60,834 bases of DNA from Myxococcota bacterium (lineage in GTDB: Bacteria > Myxococcota_A > UBA9160 > PR03), in NCBI GenBank assembly GCA_041577695.1, contig JBFGIM010000001.1, positions 1-60,834 of the forward strand. The letters run 5' to 3'. Within the stretch, counting starts at the first letter, position 1. The number at the start of each line of letters is the position of its first letter. Shown in pieces: positions 11,684 to 21,696 of this stretch. A program made the position numbers and the translations under genes. The notes beneath the pieces are model-generated. The model was given only the letters and a program-made list of their open reading frames with translations. It searched no databases and was not told where the DNA came from.

Positions 11684-12397
11684 GTGGACGCCCGCCTGCG
11701 CGGGCGCCTGGTGCGCCGCTACAAGCGCTTCCTCGCCGACGTGCAGTTGGCGGACGGCCGCGTCGTCACGGTGCACTGCCCCGATCCCGGCAGCATGCGA
11801 GGCTGCGCGCGAGCCGGTGCCGCCGTGCGCTGCTCCACCCACGTCGACCCCCGTCGAAAGCTGCGCCACACCCTGGAGATGATCCGCGCGGGACGCGTCT
11901 GGGTCGGCGTCCACACCGCGCGCGCCAACGCACTGGCGGCCGCGGCACTCGACGCGGGCGCGCTGGCACCGTTGGCCGGCTACGCCGAGGTGCGCCGCGA
12001 GGTGACCCCGGCCGCCGGCTCGCATCCGGACGTGCGCTCGCGTCTGGACTTCCGGCTCGAGGGGCACCCGGGCGACGGGCGGCCGCTCTGGCTCGAGGTG
12101 AAGAGCGTGACCCTGGCGAAGGGACGGGCGGGGCGTTTCCCGGACAGCATCACCGAGCGCGGCCGACGCCACGCCGAGCTGCTGACCCGGCTGCGACGCC
12201 GCGGCGCGCGCGCGGCCCTGCTCTTCGTGGTGCAGCGCAGCGATTGCGACTGGATCGAGCCCGCCGACGATCTCGATCCCGCCTACGGCCGCGCGCTGCG
12301 CGCCGCCGCGGACGCGGGCGTCGAACTCTATGGGATGGGCATCTCGGTGTCGGCGACGCGACTCGCCTTCACCCGGCTGCTGCCGGTCCGTCTGTGA
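11684..12397 (+). CDS. sfsA: Sugar fermentation stimulation protein A homolog (SfsA nuclease-like)
   Basis: LVRRYKRFLADV...VHCPDPGSM...LEVKSVTL...FPDSITERGRRH matches SfsA. The start is a GTG inside a long spurious ORF. Confidence 0.8.
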   Translation: MDARLRGRLVRRYKRFLADVQLADGRVVTVHCPDPGSMRGCARAGAAVRCSTHVDPRRKLRHTLEMIRAGRVWVGVHTARANALAAAALDAGALAPLAGYAEVRREVTPAAGSHPDVRSRLDFRLEGHPGDGRPLWLEVKSVTLAKGRAGRFPDSITERGRRHAELLTRLRRRGARAALLFVVQRSDCDWIEPADDLDPAYGRALRAAADAGVELYGMGISVSATRLAFTRLLPVRL

Positions 12398-12420
12398 GCT
12401 AACCCCTTCGGCAGGTTCTC

Positions 12421-13548
12421 GTGCCCACTCCCACCGCGCGACAGCTCCGCCCCGCCCTGCTCCGCTGGTACCGGCGCCATCGGCGCGACCTGCCCTGGCG
12501 CAGGACGCGGGATCCGTATGCGATCTGGATCTCCGAGGCGATGCTCCAGCAGACCCGGGTCGAGACGGTGGTACCCTACTACGAACGGTTCCTGGCCCGC
12601 TTCCCGGACGTGCGTGCGCTGGCCACCGCCGACCTGGACGAGGTGCTCGGATCCTGGTCGGGGCTCGGCTACTACTCGCGCGCCCGCAACCTGAAGCGCG
12701 CGGCGGAGCAGCTGGTGGAGCGGTTCGGCGGCTGCCTGCCCGACGACCCCGAGCAGCTGCGTTCGCTTCCCGGGATCGGCCGCTATACCGCGGGCGCGGT
12801 GGCCTCGATCGCCTTCGACCGCCCGGCGCCGGTGGTGGACGGGAACGTGGCGCGAGTGCTCTCGCGGATCCTGGGGATCCGCGATCCACTCGAGGCTTCC
12901 GACGAGCGTCTCTGGAGCGAGGCCGCCGCACTGGTGCGCGGGGCCCATCCCGGAGACCTGAACCAGGCGCTCATGGAGCTCGGCGCGCAGGTCTGCGTAC
13001 CGCATTCGCCCCGTTGCAACGTCTGCCCAGTCGCCCGCCACTGCGACGCGCGGGCACGGGGCGACGCCGAACACCTTCCGATCCGCGTGCCGAAGGCGGA
13101 CGCGCGCAGGGTGTACGCGGTCGCCGGGCTGGTCGAGCGCGGCGGCCGGCTGCTGGCGGTGAGGCGCCCCGAGAACGGCCTGCTGGGCGGCCTGTGGGAG
13201 CTGCCGGGCGCCGAGGTGGGAGCGCGCGCGGCCGGTGCCCCGGCCCTGGTGCGCGCCCTGAAGGAACGGGTGGGGCTCGAGGTGGAGACGGTCGAGACGG
13301 CCGGTTCGCTCGAGCACGTCTTCACCCACCGCCGGCTCCAGCTGCGGGTGTTCCGCTGCCGGGCGAAGCCCGGCCGGGTGCGGCGGTCCGACTACACCGG
13401 CCATCGCTGGGTTACGGCGCGGGCCTTCGCCGCCCTGCCGTTGGGAGCGCTGGGGCTTCGGAGCCTCGAGCTGGCGCTGCGGGCGGACCGGCGCGACGGC
13501 AGCCGGCGCGCATCGAAAGCAGGGGCCCCGGCATCGCCGCCGGCCTGA
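12421..13548 (+). CDS. mutY: A/G-specific adenine DNA glycosylase
   Basis: [46 protein letters not shown], the 4Fe-4S Cys cluster CxxxxxxCxxCPxxxxC and a C-terminal NUDIX-like domain are all present. Confidence 0.9.
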   Translation: MPTPTARQLRPALLRWYRRHRRDLPWRRTRDPYAIWISEAMLQQTRVETVVPYYERFLARFPDVRALATADLDEVLGSWSGLGYYSRARNLKRAAEQLVERFGGCLPDDPEQLRSLPGIGRYTAGAVASIAFDRPAPVVDGNVARVLSRILGIRDPLEASDERLWSEAAALVRGAHPGDLNQALMELGAQVCVPHSPRCNVCPVARHCDARARGDAEHLPIRVPKADARRVYAVAGLVERGGRLLAVRRPENGLLGGLWELPGAEVGARAAGAPALVRALKERVGLEVETVETAGSLEHVFTHRRLQLRVFRCRAKPGRVRRSDYTGHRWVTARAFAALPLGALGLRSLELALRADRRDGSRRASKAGAPASPPA

Positions 13549-13567
13549 GAGCGGTATCCTCCGCCGC

Positions 13568-14668
13568 GTGGCAAGCCATTCCGGTCAGATCTTTCGTGTG
13601 ACCACCTTCGGCGAATCCCACGGCGGCGGCGTCGGCGTGGTGATCGACGGCTGCCCGCCGCGACTTCCGCTCGCGGTGGAGGAGATCCAGCGCGATCTCG
13701 ATCGCCGGCGGCCCGGCCAGAGTGCATTGACGACCCCGCGCCAGGAGCTGGACAGGGCCGAGATCCTCTCGGGAGTCTTCGAGGGAGAGACGCTGGGGAC
13801 ACCCCTGGCCGTGCTGGTGCGCAACCAGGACGCGCGCCCCTCCGCCTACGAACACCTGCGCGAGGTATACCGGCCCTCCCACGCCGACTGGACCTACGAG
13901 GCCAAGTACGGCACGCGCAACTGGCAGGGCGGTGGGCGCGCCAGCGCCCGCGAGACCATCGGGCGCGTCGCCGCCGGCGCCGTGGCGCGCAAGCTGCTGG
14001 CGGTCCGCTGCGGCGTCGAGGTGCTGGCCTGGGTCAGCCGGGTGCACGAGATCGAGGCCAAGGTCGATGCCGCCGACGTCTCGCTCGAAGCGGTGGACGC
14101 CAACCCGGTTCGCTGCCCCGACGCCGAGGCGGCGGCGGAGATGGAGCGGATCATCCACGGGGCGCGGGAACGGGGCGACTCGCTGGGCGGAGTCGTGGAG
14201 TGTGTGGCCCGTAATGTCCCCGCGGGACTAGGAGAGCCGGTCTTCGACAAGCTCGAGGCCGATCTGGCCAAGGGCCTCATGTCCCTGCCGGCTTCCAAGG
14301 GCTTCGAGATCGGGAGCGGCTTCGCCGGCACCTTCCTGACCGGCCTCGAGCACAACGATCCCTTCGCACCGGGCCCCGACGGCAGACCTCGAACCACCAG
14401 CAATCGCTCCGGTGGAGTCCAGGGCGGCATCAGCAACGGGGAAGACCTGCGGGTCCGGGTGGCCTTCAAGCCAACGGCCACCATCCGGCTGGCCCAGGAC
14501 ACGGTGGATCGAAAGGGCCAGGCCGTCACCCTGGAGGCCCAGGGTCGCCACGATCCCTGCGTGCTGCCCCGGGCGGTGCCCATGGTGGAGGCGATGGTGC
14601 TCCTCGTGCTTGCAGATCACTGGATGCGCCAGCAGGCCCTGGCGGCGGGCGCTGGAGGTCCGGGCTGA
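13568..14668 (+). CDS. aroC: Chorismate synthase
   Basis: [33 protein letters not shown] and GRHDPCV match the family. Confidence 0.95.
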   Translation: MASHSGQIFRVTTFGESHGGGVGVVIDGCPPRLPLAVEEIQRDLDRRRPGQSALTTPRQELDRAEILSGVFEGETLGTPLAVLVRNQDARPSAYEHLREVYRPSHADWTYEAKYGTRNWQGGGRASARETIGRVAAGAVARKLLAVRCGVEVLAWVSRVHEIEAKVDAADVSLEAVDANPVRCPDAEAAAEMERIIHGARERGDSLGGVVECVARNVPAGLGEPVFDKLEADLAKGLMSLPASKGFEIGSGFAGTFLTGLEHNDPFAPGPDGRPRTTSNRSGGVQGGISNGEDLRVRVAFKPTATIRLAQDTVDRKGQAVTLEAQGRHDPCVLPRAVPMVEAMVLLVLADHWMRQQALAAGAGGPG

Positions 14669-14857
14669 GCTCAGGGGGCCTCTTTCGAGGGGATCGCGCC
14701 CCGCAAATCCTTGCGGAGGCTTTCGCGAAATTCCACAGCGGTGGTAGAATTATGGATAGCCGTTACGGCAATCCTCGCGTCTCGCGATGGAAGCCGATCG
14801 GCAGCTCTTCGAACAAGATGCCGACCCCTATCGTCTGTGAGGTGCGACACAGGGCGC

Positions 14858-14873
14858 TGGCACGGGCATTGCC
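14858..14873 (+). promoter_or_regulatory. Sigma54 (-24/-12) promoter candidate upstream of flp
   Basis: TGGCACGGGCATTGCC fits TGGCACG-N4-TTGCW. GG (14859-60) and GC (14871-72) are 12 nt apart. It sits in a 529-bp ORF-poor spacer, 325 nt before the flp ATG. Confidence 0.6.
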
Positions 14874-15197
14874 TATAGAGAGTCCGTCACCACGGCGGGA
14901 TAGACCCGACGGGGCCAGCGAGCCAGCGATGATTCGAGGAGAGACGGTGGCGCAACGATCGATCCAGACTCGAGCCTGGCCTCGTACCCGGATTGCCCGG
15001 CCGCCTTTCGAAACCGATCTGGGGCTATGCCCCCAGGGGAATCTGGAGGGTTCTGGGCCCGTGAGAACCCCCGCAGGGTGCTTCCAGCCGGGGAATATTG
15101 CTCCCCCGACACCTTGCTCTGGCTACGGACACTATTGCCCTTAGAAGGCAACCGCTGGGATGGCCCCGGCGGGGACAACAATGAAGAGGTAACGACA

Positions 15198-15383
15198 ATG
15201 CTTCTGCAGAAGATCAAGAGCTTCGTCCGCGAAGAGGACGGTATGGAGATGGTGGAGTGGGCGATCGTGGGCGTGGTCTTCGCCCTGGCCGCCGCGCTGT
15301 TCTGGGCCGACCTCGGCACCGCGATCGACAGTGCCCTCGGCAACATCGAGGACTGCGTCACCGACTCGAGCAACTGCCCGTAG
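15198..15383 (+). CDS. flp: Flp-family type IVc pilin precursor (61 aa)
   Basis: MLLQKIKSFVREEDG/MEMVEWAIVGVVFALAAALF shows a G/xxxxE-aromatic processing motif plus a hydrophobic helix. The RBS AAGAGG lies 8 nt upstream, and this is the first gene of the tad cluster. Confidence 0.85.
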   Translation: MLLQKIKSFVREEDGMEMVEWAIVGVVFALAAALFWADLGTAIDSALGNIEDCVTDSSNCP

Positions 15384-15397
15384 GACGGAGCTGAGTC

Positions 15398-16084
15398 GTG
15401 AAGCTCGCTCTGGCAAACACCGGTACGGACGGAGACGTCCCGACGGAAGCCGCGGCCTCGCTGCCGCGCTCCGCGGGACGCCTCGTCCATACCCACGCCA
15501 TCTCTGTGGGGATTGCGCTGGTGCTGTCCGCGGGCTTCGTTCTCACGGGATGGGAAGCACCGCTGCCCGCCCTCGGGTGGGCGGCGGTCTTCCTATTCCT
15601 GGCCGTCGAGCAGGACGTGCGCGGGATGCGGATCCCGAACCTGCTGACCTTTCCGGCCCTGGGGATCGCCCTGGGGTTGGGTTTCTTGAACGGCGGTTTG
15701 GGGGGACTTCAAACCGCCGTTCTCGGTGCTGGGGCCGCCTTCGCGGTTCTCTTCGTTCCCTATTGCATCGGCTGGCTCGGCGCCGGTGATGCCAAGGCCG
15801 TGATGGTCCTGGGGGCGCTTTGGGGATCGGAGCTGCTGTTTCCAGTGCTATGGTGGATGATTCTTATGGGGGGGTTGTTTGCCGTTGCCCTCCTCGTCGT
15901 TCAGGGCGGGATGCTGGATCTGCTTCGTCGATGGTGGAGCAGCCTCAAGCTGTCGGTGCTGACGCGCCGCCCGACGTACGTGGCTCCGGCTGCAGATTCG
16001 ACCGCAGCCCGGGGCTTGCCGTTCGCAGTTGCGATGGCTCTCGGGGCAACGGCCTTTCACCTTTGGGGCATGCCATGGAATTGA
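15398..16084 (+). CDS. tadV: Prepilin peptidase (A24 family, TadV/CpaA type)
   Basis: It is polytopic, with DVRGMRIPN and GWLGAGDAKAVMVLG (two catalytic Asp motifs). Confidence 0.85.
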   Translation: MKLALANTGTDGDVPTEAAASLPRSAGRLVHTHAISVGIALVLSAGFVLTGWEAPLPALGWAAVFLFLAVEQDVRGMRIPNLLTFPALGIALGLGFLNGGLGGLQTAVLGAGAAFAVLFVPYCIGWLGAGDAKAVMVLGALWGSELLFPVLWWMILMGGLFAVALLVVQGGMLDLLRRWWSSLKLSVLTRRPTYVAPAADSTAARGLPFAVAMALGATAFHLWGMPWN

Positions 16085-16530
16085 AGATGCTTTTCTCGCG
16101 TAGGGCGCGGCGACGCAGCGGTATGGCGATGTTCGAGTTCCTGATCGTCCTCCCCGTACTCCTGATGTTGCTCTTCGCCACGATCGAGTTCGGTGTGGTG
16201 CTGGCGCGCTGGCAGACCCTCAGCAACGCGGCCCGGGAAGGAGCTCGCTACGGCGCCGTCTTCCGCGATACCTGTACCCCGGCGTTGCTCGATCTGGCGA
16301 TCCAGTTCGTGGTCCAGGGCTACGCCCAGAGTGCGGGGATCAATCCGACCACGGTGAACGTCGCCGTGACGGGATCCTGCAACACGGGCCCCAATGCGAT
16401 CACCCGCGTCACGGTGACACATACCTACAACTTCCAGGTGCTCGGCGGCTTCACGGATTTCGTGAGCCCGGCGATCGACCTGCGTGCTGAATCCGCAATG
16501 CGCAACGAGCGCCAGAACACCTTCTTCTAG
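16075..16530 (+). CDS. tadE: TadE-like pseudopilin
   Basis: The N-terminus SGMAMFEFLIVLPVLLMLLFATIEFG is a TadE-like domain. Its start overlaps the tadV stop. Confidence 0.8.
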   Translation: MELKMLFSRRARRRSGMAMFEFLIVLPVLLMLLFATIEFGVVLARWQTLSNAAREGARYGAVFRDTCTPALLDLAIQFVVQGYAQSAGINPTTVNVAVTGSCNTGPNAITRVTVTHTYNFQVLGGFTDFVSPAIDLRAESAMRNERQNTFF

Positions 16531-16544
16531 GACCGAGGGAGACC

Positions 16545-17348
16545 ATGCGAAACCGAAGGGCGTTTCTCTTCTTTGCACTGGCCGTGGTGCTCGGCATTGC
16601 CGCCGCACTCGCGGCGCAGCGTGTGATCGAATCCCGGACACCCGTCCGGGTCGACGAGACGCTGGCCATTCGCAACGTGGTGGTGGCGCGCACGGACGTT
16701 CCCGTGGGCACCGCGCTCAACGCGAACCAGCTCACCACCGTGGAGTGGCCCGAGAAATACGCGCCGAAGGACGGCTACGCGAGTCCTTCGGATCTGAACG
16801 GCCGCGTGCTGCGACGCGCCGTCAGCGCCGGCGAGACCGTGCTCGAATCGATGCTGCTGCCGGCGGGCTCCCAGGCCGGCCTGGCTCCGGTGATCAGCGA
16901 GGAGAAGCGCGCCATCTCGGTGAAGGTGGACCAGGTGATCGGCGTGGCCGGCTTCGTGCGACCGGGGGCCCGGGTGGACGTGCTCGCGACCCTGAACCGC
17001 ACGGACTACGACTCGAAGGCCTACTCCAAGCTGTTCCTACAGGACATCCCGGTCCTGGCCATCGACCAGCAGATGGAGGAGGCCGACAACGGCAAGCCCG
17101 AGCTCGTCAACGTGGTGACCCTCGAGGTGAACCCCGAACAGGCCGAGAAGCTGATCTACAGCGCCCACGAGGGGCGGCTGCAGCTGGCCCTGCGCAACCC
17201 GGGCGACGGTGAGGTGGTCGTGACCCAGAGTGCCGGCGTGGCCGACATCTTCGGGCGCCGGAAGGCCCGCCGCACGGGTGGCGGCGGTCGCGCCGTCACG
17301 AACGTCGAGGTCCTCCGGGGCGCCGACCGATCCGTCAACAGCTTCTGA
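16545..17348 (+). CDS. rcpC: Flp pilus assembly protein CpaB/RcpC (SAF domain)
   Basis: An N-terminal TM segment is followed by VVVARTDVPVGTAL (SAF-like). The position before the secretin fits. Confidence 0.85.
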   Translation: MRNRRAFLFFALAVVLGIAAALAAQRVIESRTPVRVDETLAIRNVVVARTDVPVGTALNANQLTTVEWPEKYAPKDGYASPSDLNGRVLRRAVSAGETVLESMLLPAGSQAGLAPVISEEKRAISVKVDQVIGVAGFVRPGARVDVLATLNRTDYDSKAYSKLFLQDIPVLAIDQQMEEADNGKPELVNVVTLEVNPEQAEKLIYSAHEGRLQLALRNPGDGEVVVTQSAGVADIFGRRKARRTGGGGRAVTNVEVLRGADRSVNSF

Positions 17349-17390
17349 GTCCCTCCTCGGAACCGAACTCGCAACCAGGGGATCACCGCG

Positions 17391-18950
17391 ATGAACTGCC
17401 AAGACGCGCCGACTCTCGACGACAAGCCTTCCCGGGCCCGGGCGGGCCAGGTGGCCGCCGCCCTGCTGGGAGCCCTGATGCTCCTGGCCGGCGCCCCCGA
17501 CGCCCGGGCGATGGACGGATCGGTCCTACAGCTGAGCGCGGCCGCTTCGGCCGAAGACGCGGTACGCCAGGTTCGGATGGAGCGGAACAAGTCGAAATTC
17601 ATCAAGACCGACTACCGGGTGAAGCGGGTGTCGGTGGGCGATCCCAGCATCGTGGACGTCCTGGTGCTCAGCCCCCGGGAGATCCAGCTGGTTCCCAAGG
17701 CCATCGGCGCCACCAACGTGGTGCTCTGGGACCCCCAGGGGCAGCCCCAGGCGGCCCTCGAGATCTCCGTCGGCAGCACCTTCTCCCACGTGGAGGCCGA
17801 TCTGCGGCGCGTGCTGGGCAGCCCGGACATCCGCGTCGATTCCGCGGGCAATTCGGTGGTGCTCACCGGCAGCGTGTCGAGCACCCTGGCCGCCGAGCAG
17901 GCCCTGACCATCACGCGGGCGGTGGTGAACGCGGGCTCCGGCAAGGGCAGGAACAAGAAGAAGCAGGACACCGAGGTGATCAACCTGCTCGAGATCGGCG
18001 GCGGCCAGCAGGTGATGATCGAGGTGACCCTGGCCGAGATGTCGCGCTCGCTGCGGCGCGAGATCGGCACCAACATCGCCGGGCTGATCGGCGACGATGT
18101 CCAGTTCTTCAGCTTCGTCGACACGCTCCTCACCCCGAACGCGTTCGAGTTCGGCGGCGGTGTCAACACCAGCGGTATCGATCTCGCGGATGCGGTCAAT
18201 CTCTTCGGGCAGTTCTCGGCGGGCTCCGGCATCTATTCGGTCGCCATCAAGGCCCTCAAGGAGAACGGCATCGGCAAGATCCTCGCCGAGCCGACCCTGA
18301 TCGCACGGAGCGGTGAAGAGGCGAGCTTCCTGGCCGGTGGCGAGATCCCGATCCCGGTCGTCCAGAGCGGCAACTCCGATGCCGTCACGATCGAGTTCAA
18401 GGAGTTCGGCGTGGGCGTGGCGTTCACCCCGACGGTGCTCAGCGAGGAGCGCATCCACCTGGAGGTGGCGCCCGAGGTGAGCGAGCCCGACTTCACCTTC
18501 GGCACCCAGTCGGGCGGCACCCGTGTCCCCGGCTTCCTGACGCGCCGCGCCTCGACGAGCATCGAGCTGGGCGACGGCGAGACCTTCGCCATCGCGGGCC
18601 TGCTGAGCGACCGGGTCACCGAGGCCGCCGCCAAGTACCCGATCCTCGGCGAGATCCCGATCCTCGGCATGCTGTTCCGGAGCGTTCAGTTCCAGAAGGA
18701 GCAGACCGAGCTGGTGATCCTGGTGACACCGCGGCTGGTGACGCCGGTCAACCCAGGCGACATGCAGCTCCCGACCGACTACTTCATCGAGCCCAACGAG
18801 TTCGAGTTCTACCTGATGGGCTGGCTCGAAGGCGCGGCCGAGAAGGAGTCCGAGTCCAGCGCCAGCTCCGCCCGGGTGGAGCCCCCGATCGGCTTGATCG
18901 GCGACGCAGGCCACCTGGTCGGCACGTCGCCCGAAGGAGAGACCCGATGA
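17391..18950 (+). CDS. rcpA: Tad secretin CpaC/RcpA
   Basis: It has a BON-like N-domain and the secretin core ILAEPTLIARSGEEASFLAGGEIPIPV...ELVILVTPRLV. Confidence 0.9.
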   Translation: MNCQDAPTLDDKPSRARAGQVAAALLGALMLLAGAPDARAMDGSVLQLSAAASAEDAVRQVRMERNKSKFIKTDYRVKRVSVGDPSIVDVLVLSPREIQLVPKAIGATNVVLWDPQGQPQAALEISVGSTFSHVEADLRRVLGSPDIRVDSAGNSVVLTGSVSSTLAAEQALTITRAVVNAGSGKGRNKKKQDTEVINLLEIGGGQQVMIEVTLAEMSRSLRREIGTNIAGLIGDDVQFFSFVDTLLTPNAFEFGGGVNTSGIDLADAVNLFGQFSAGSGIYSVAIKALKENGIGKILAEPTLIARSGEEASFLAGGEIPIPVVQSGNSDAVTIEFKEFGVGVAFTPTVLSEERIHLEVAPEVSEPDFTFGTQSGGTRVPGFLTRRASTSIELGDGETFAIAGLLSDRVTEAAAKYPILGEIPILGMLFRSVQFQKEQTELVILVTPRLVTPVNPGDMQLPTDYFIEPNEFEFYLMGWLEGAAEKESESSASSARVEPPIGLIGDAGHLVGTSPEGETR

Positions 18951-19228
18951 AGCGCCTCACGACTGCTATTCTGATAGGGGCGCTCAGCGCTCTGGGCTGC
19001 GGTGCTCTCGATGGCCCGCAGGGCGTGGCCGAGAACTGGGGCACCGCCGTACATGCGGACCAGAGCCAGCAGATTGCCAATCCGTCCGCCGGCGAGTGGG
19101 ACGGAGAGGCTCCGATGGTCCTGGATGGCGTGACCGGCGAGCAGGTCATGCAGAACTATCGGAAGACCGAGGAAAAGCGGCAGACCACGACCACGCCGGT
19201 GGACTTCGAAACGCTCGACACGAACTGA
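18947..19228 (+). CDS. Small lipoprotein of the tad cluster (93 aa), at the position occupied by CpaD/RcpB in other loci
   Basis: The lipobox is SALGC and there is a 4-nt ATGA overlap with the secretin stop. No family was assigned from sequence. Confidence 0.65.
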   Translation: MKRLTTAILIGALSALGCGALDGPQGVAENWGTAVHADQSQQIANPSAGEWDGEAPMVLDGVTGEQVMQNYRKTEEKRQTTTTPVDFETLDTN

Positions 19229-19265
19229 TCGTCGGGGGATCGCTCTAGGGGGGAGGAGGAACGAG

Positions 19266-20474
19266 ATGGAAGCTCTTGAGCAGCGACAGACGCAGCAACA
19301 CCGCCGCACCCGTGGCACCAGCATGCTCACCACCCTTTTCGCATTGGGGGCGCTCCTGGCAGCGGCCGCCTTTGCCATGGATGCCGGGTCGATCTGGTTG
19401 GCCCGCACCCAGCTCCAGGCTGCCGTCGATGCCGCGGCGCTGGCGGCGGCCCAGGAGATGATCGACCTCGATTCCCAGACGGTGGACAAGCCCAGCGCCC
19501 AGGCAGCGGCCTTCACGCTGGGGATGGCCAACGGGGCGTTCCACGCCGCGTCGATCGGGATCGACGTCTCGAGGATGGAGTTCGGCCAGTGGAACTTCCC
19601 GGATCCGACGCTGGGCGAGACCAAGGGCACGCTGGACACCAGCGTGGACCAGGACGACCCCAACGTGATCACCGGGGTGCGGGTCTACGCGGATCTGGGC
19701 ATGGGCGGCTTCAACAGCCCGATCCCGGCGCTGCTCGGTCGGGTGCTCGGCAACGACACCTATGACATCGCGGCCCAGGCCACCGGGTTCCTCGGCTTCG
19801 AGGGCGGGGCGCTCGCCAAGCAGCTGGTGATCCCGATTGCCGTCGACTGCTGCAAGATGGGCGGCTCGTCCTGCACCAAGGGCTACTGCGCCGACGAAGA
19901 GCCGCAGCCCCCGAACCCCTGCTCGCTGGAATTCCCGCAGACCGAGGGCGAGAACACGGTGAGCTGCATCATCTCGCAGCCCACGGCCGACCAGGTCGGC
20001 TGCTGGACCGAGCTCAGCACCACGGACCAGGCCACCAACACGTCGGGCATCCGCGACGTCATCCAGGGCGGCGGCGTGGAGCTCAGCACCGACGACTCGA
20101 TCTACGTCACCAACGGCACCAACGCGGCCGTGCTCGACACGCTGAAGGACAAGTTCGACGCGGAGGGCAAGGACCGCTACGAGCCGATTGAAGGCACCGA
20201 CTCCTGGGTGCGAGCGCTGCCCGTGGTCGAGTGCCAGTCCCACGAGCTCAAGCTCGATCACTGCGCCAAGAGCACCCCCAAGCGGGTGGTGGGCTTCATC
20301 TGCTTCGAGATGCGCGAGGTCAAGAAGACCCCGGAGCACGTGGTGCGCGGCCGCTTCCTGTGCCCCAACAACGACTTCGACCGCGAGCTGATCGAGACTG
20401 AATGCGACCTGGCCGACGACGGCAGCGGGCTCAACTTCGGCATCCGGGTGAGCAAGCCGGTCCTGGTCGACTGA
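19266..20474 (+). CDS. tadG: TadG-like pilus-associated protein, Cys-rich, no obvious vWA/MIDAS motif
   Basis: RGTSMLTTLFALGALLAAAAFAMDAGSIWLARTQLQAAVDAAALAAAQ is a TadG-type N-terminus. The remainder contains 12 Cys. Confidence 0.75.
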   Translation: MEALEQRQTQQHRRTRGTSMLTTLFALGALLAAAAFAMDAGSIWLARTQLQAAVDAAALAAAQEMIDLDSQTVDKPSAQAAAFTLGMANGAFHAASIGIDVSRMEFGQWNFPDPTLGETKGTLDTSVDQDDPNVITGVRVYADLGMGGFNSPIPALLGRVLGNDTYDIAAQATGFLGFEGGALAKQLVIPIAVDCCKMGGSSCTKGYCADEEPQPPNPCSLEFPQTEGENTVSCIISQPTADQVGCWTELSTTDQATNTSGIRDVIQGGGVELSTDDSIYVTNGTNAAVLDTLKDKFDAEGKDRYEPIEGTDSWVRALPVVECQSHELKLDHCAKSTPKRVVGFICFEMREVKKTPEHVVRGRFLCPNNDFDRELIETECDLADDGSGLNFGIRVSKPVLVD

Positions 20475-20484
20475 GAGGAGACGT

Positions 20485-21696
20485 GTGCCCGTGTCGCAGC
20501 TGAGCTTCCTCATCTACTCCGACCGACCCGGCTTTGCCGAAACGGCGCGCGAGCGGTTGTCGGCGACCGGTCACGCGGAAGTCTCGGCGGTCCTCGCGGA
20601 CCTGGACGAGCTGCGTGGCGCGGTGCGCGCGCGGCGCCCCGACGCCATCTTCGCCGACCTGGGCCTCGATCCCGAGGGCGTGCTCGACGCGCTTGAGCAG
20701 CTGCCGGCCCCGCGGCCGATGCTGCTCGTGGCCGGCCCCCAGCAGGACAGCACGCTGATCCTGCGGGCGATGCGGCTGGGCGCCAAGGAGTACTTCCCGG
20801 CCGATCCGGGCGAGCAGGAGCTGCGCGCGGCAATCGACCGGATGGTGTTGGAGCACAAGCCCGCGCTGACCTCCGAAAGGCCGGCGCCCCTGGTCGCGGT
20901 GATGGGCACCAAGGGCGGCGTGGGCGCCACCTTCGTCGCCTGCCAGCTCGCCGCCTCGCTCCAGAGCCAGGGCGGCCGCACGGTGGTGGTGGATCTCAAC
21001 CTGCCACTGGGCGACGTGGCGCTGCACCTGGACGTGCAGCCCAGCTACACGCTGGCTCACGTGGCCAACGACGCCGAGCTCGACGCGACGTCGCTGCGCT
21101 CGATCCTCCAGCCCCATCGCTGCGGTCTCAGCATCCTGGCGGCTCCCACCGAGGTGGAAGAGGCCGAGCAGATCAAGGCCGACCACGTGGACCGGGTGCT
21201 GCGCATCCTGCGCCAGGAGTACGACTGGGTCGTGGTGGACGTCTCGCGGAGCTGGAGCGAAGCGAGCATCCATACCCTCGACCTGGCCGACGTGATCCTG
21301 CTGGTCACCCTGATGGACGTGCCCACGCTGAGCCACGCGCGCCAGCACCTGGGTGTGCTCCAGCGGCTCGGCTACGGCGGCTCGAAGACCCGCCTGGTGG
21401 CCAACCGCTACGAGAAGGGCGGCGCCATCAGCGAGCGAGACTACGTCGGCTTCCTGGCCCGCGAGCCCGACTTCCACATCCCGAACGACTACCAGACGGC
21501 CGCGCTCAGCATCAACCAGGGCAAGCTGGTTTCCGAGGTATCGCGCAAGTGCGCGCTGCAGGCGGCTTTCAGCTCCCTGGCAGATTCCACACGCGAGTGG
21601 TGCGGAGTCGAGGCAGCCGAGACCGAGACCGGCGGGGGTCTCACCAAGCGAATCCGCAGAATCTTCAGCAAGGGAGATGCCGATGGCTCTCATTGA
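20485..21696 (+). CDS. tadZ: CpaE/TadZ: receiver-like N-domain plus ParA/MinD-type ATPase
   Basis: [20 protein letters not shown] is a deviant Walker A. The N-terminal ~120 aa are REC-like. Confidence 0.85.
   Translation: MPVSQLSFLIYSDRPGFAETARERLSATGHAEVSAVLADLDELRGAVRARRPDAIFADLGLDPEGVLDALEQLPAPRPMLLVAGPQQDSTLILRAMRLGAKEYFPADPGEQELRAAIDRMVLEHKPALTSERPAPLVAVMGTKGGVGATFVACQLAASLQSQGGRTVVVDLNLPLGDVALHLDVQPSYTLAHVANDAELDATSLRSILQPHRCGLSILAAPTEVEEAEQIKADHVDRVLRILRQEYDWVVVDVSRSWSEASIHTLDLADVILLVTLMDVPTLSHARQHLGVLQRLGYGGSKTRLVANRYEKGGAISERDYVGFLAREPDFHIPNDYQTAALSINQGKLVSEVSRKCALQAAFSSLADSTREWCGVEAAETETGGGLTKRIRRIFSKGDADGSH

Noticed and set aside
14840-14960. A possible c-di-GMP (GEMM-I) riboswitch in the flp leader, prompted by ACACAGGGC.
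   Set aside because: The rest of the GEMM-I core (GGGACGCAAAGCC, GGTAGCGGGGTTACC-type elements) is absent.
14752-15144. A 130-aa ORF inside the aroC-flp spacer.
   Set aside because: Its codon usage and composition are unlike neighbouring genes, it has no RBS, and it spans the sigma54 promoter element and the leader hairpins. I treat the region as non-coding.
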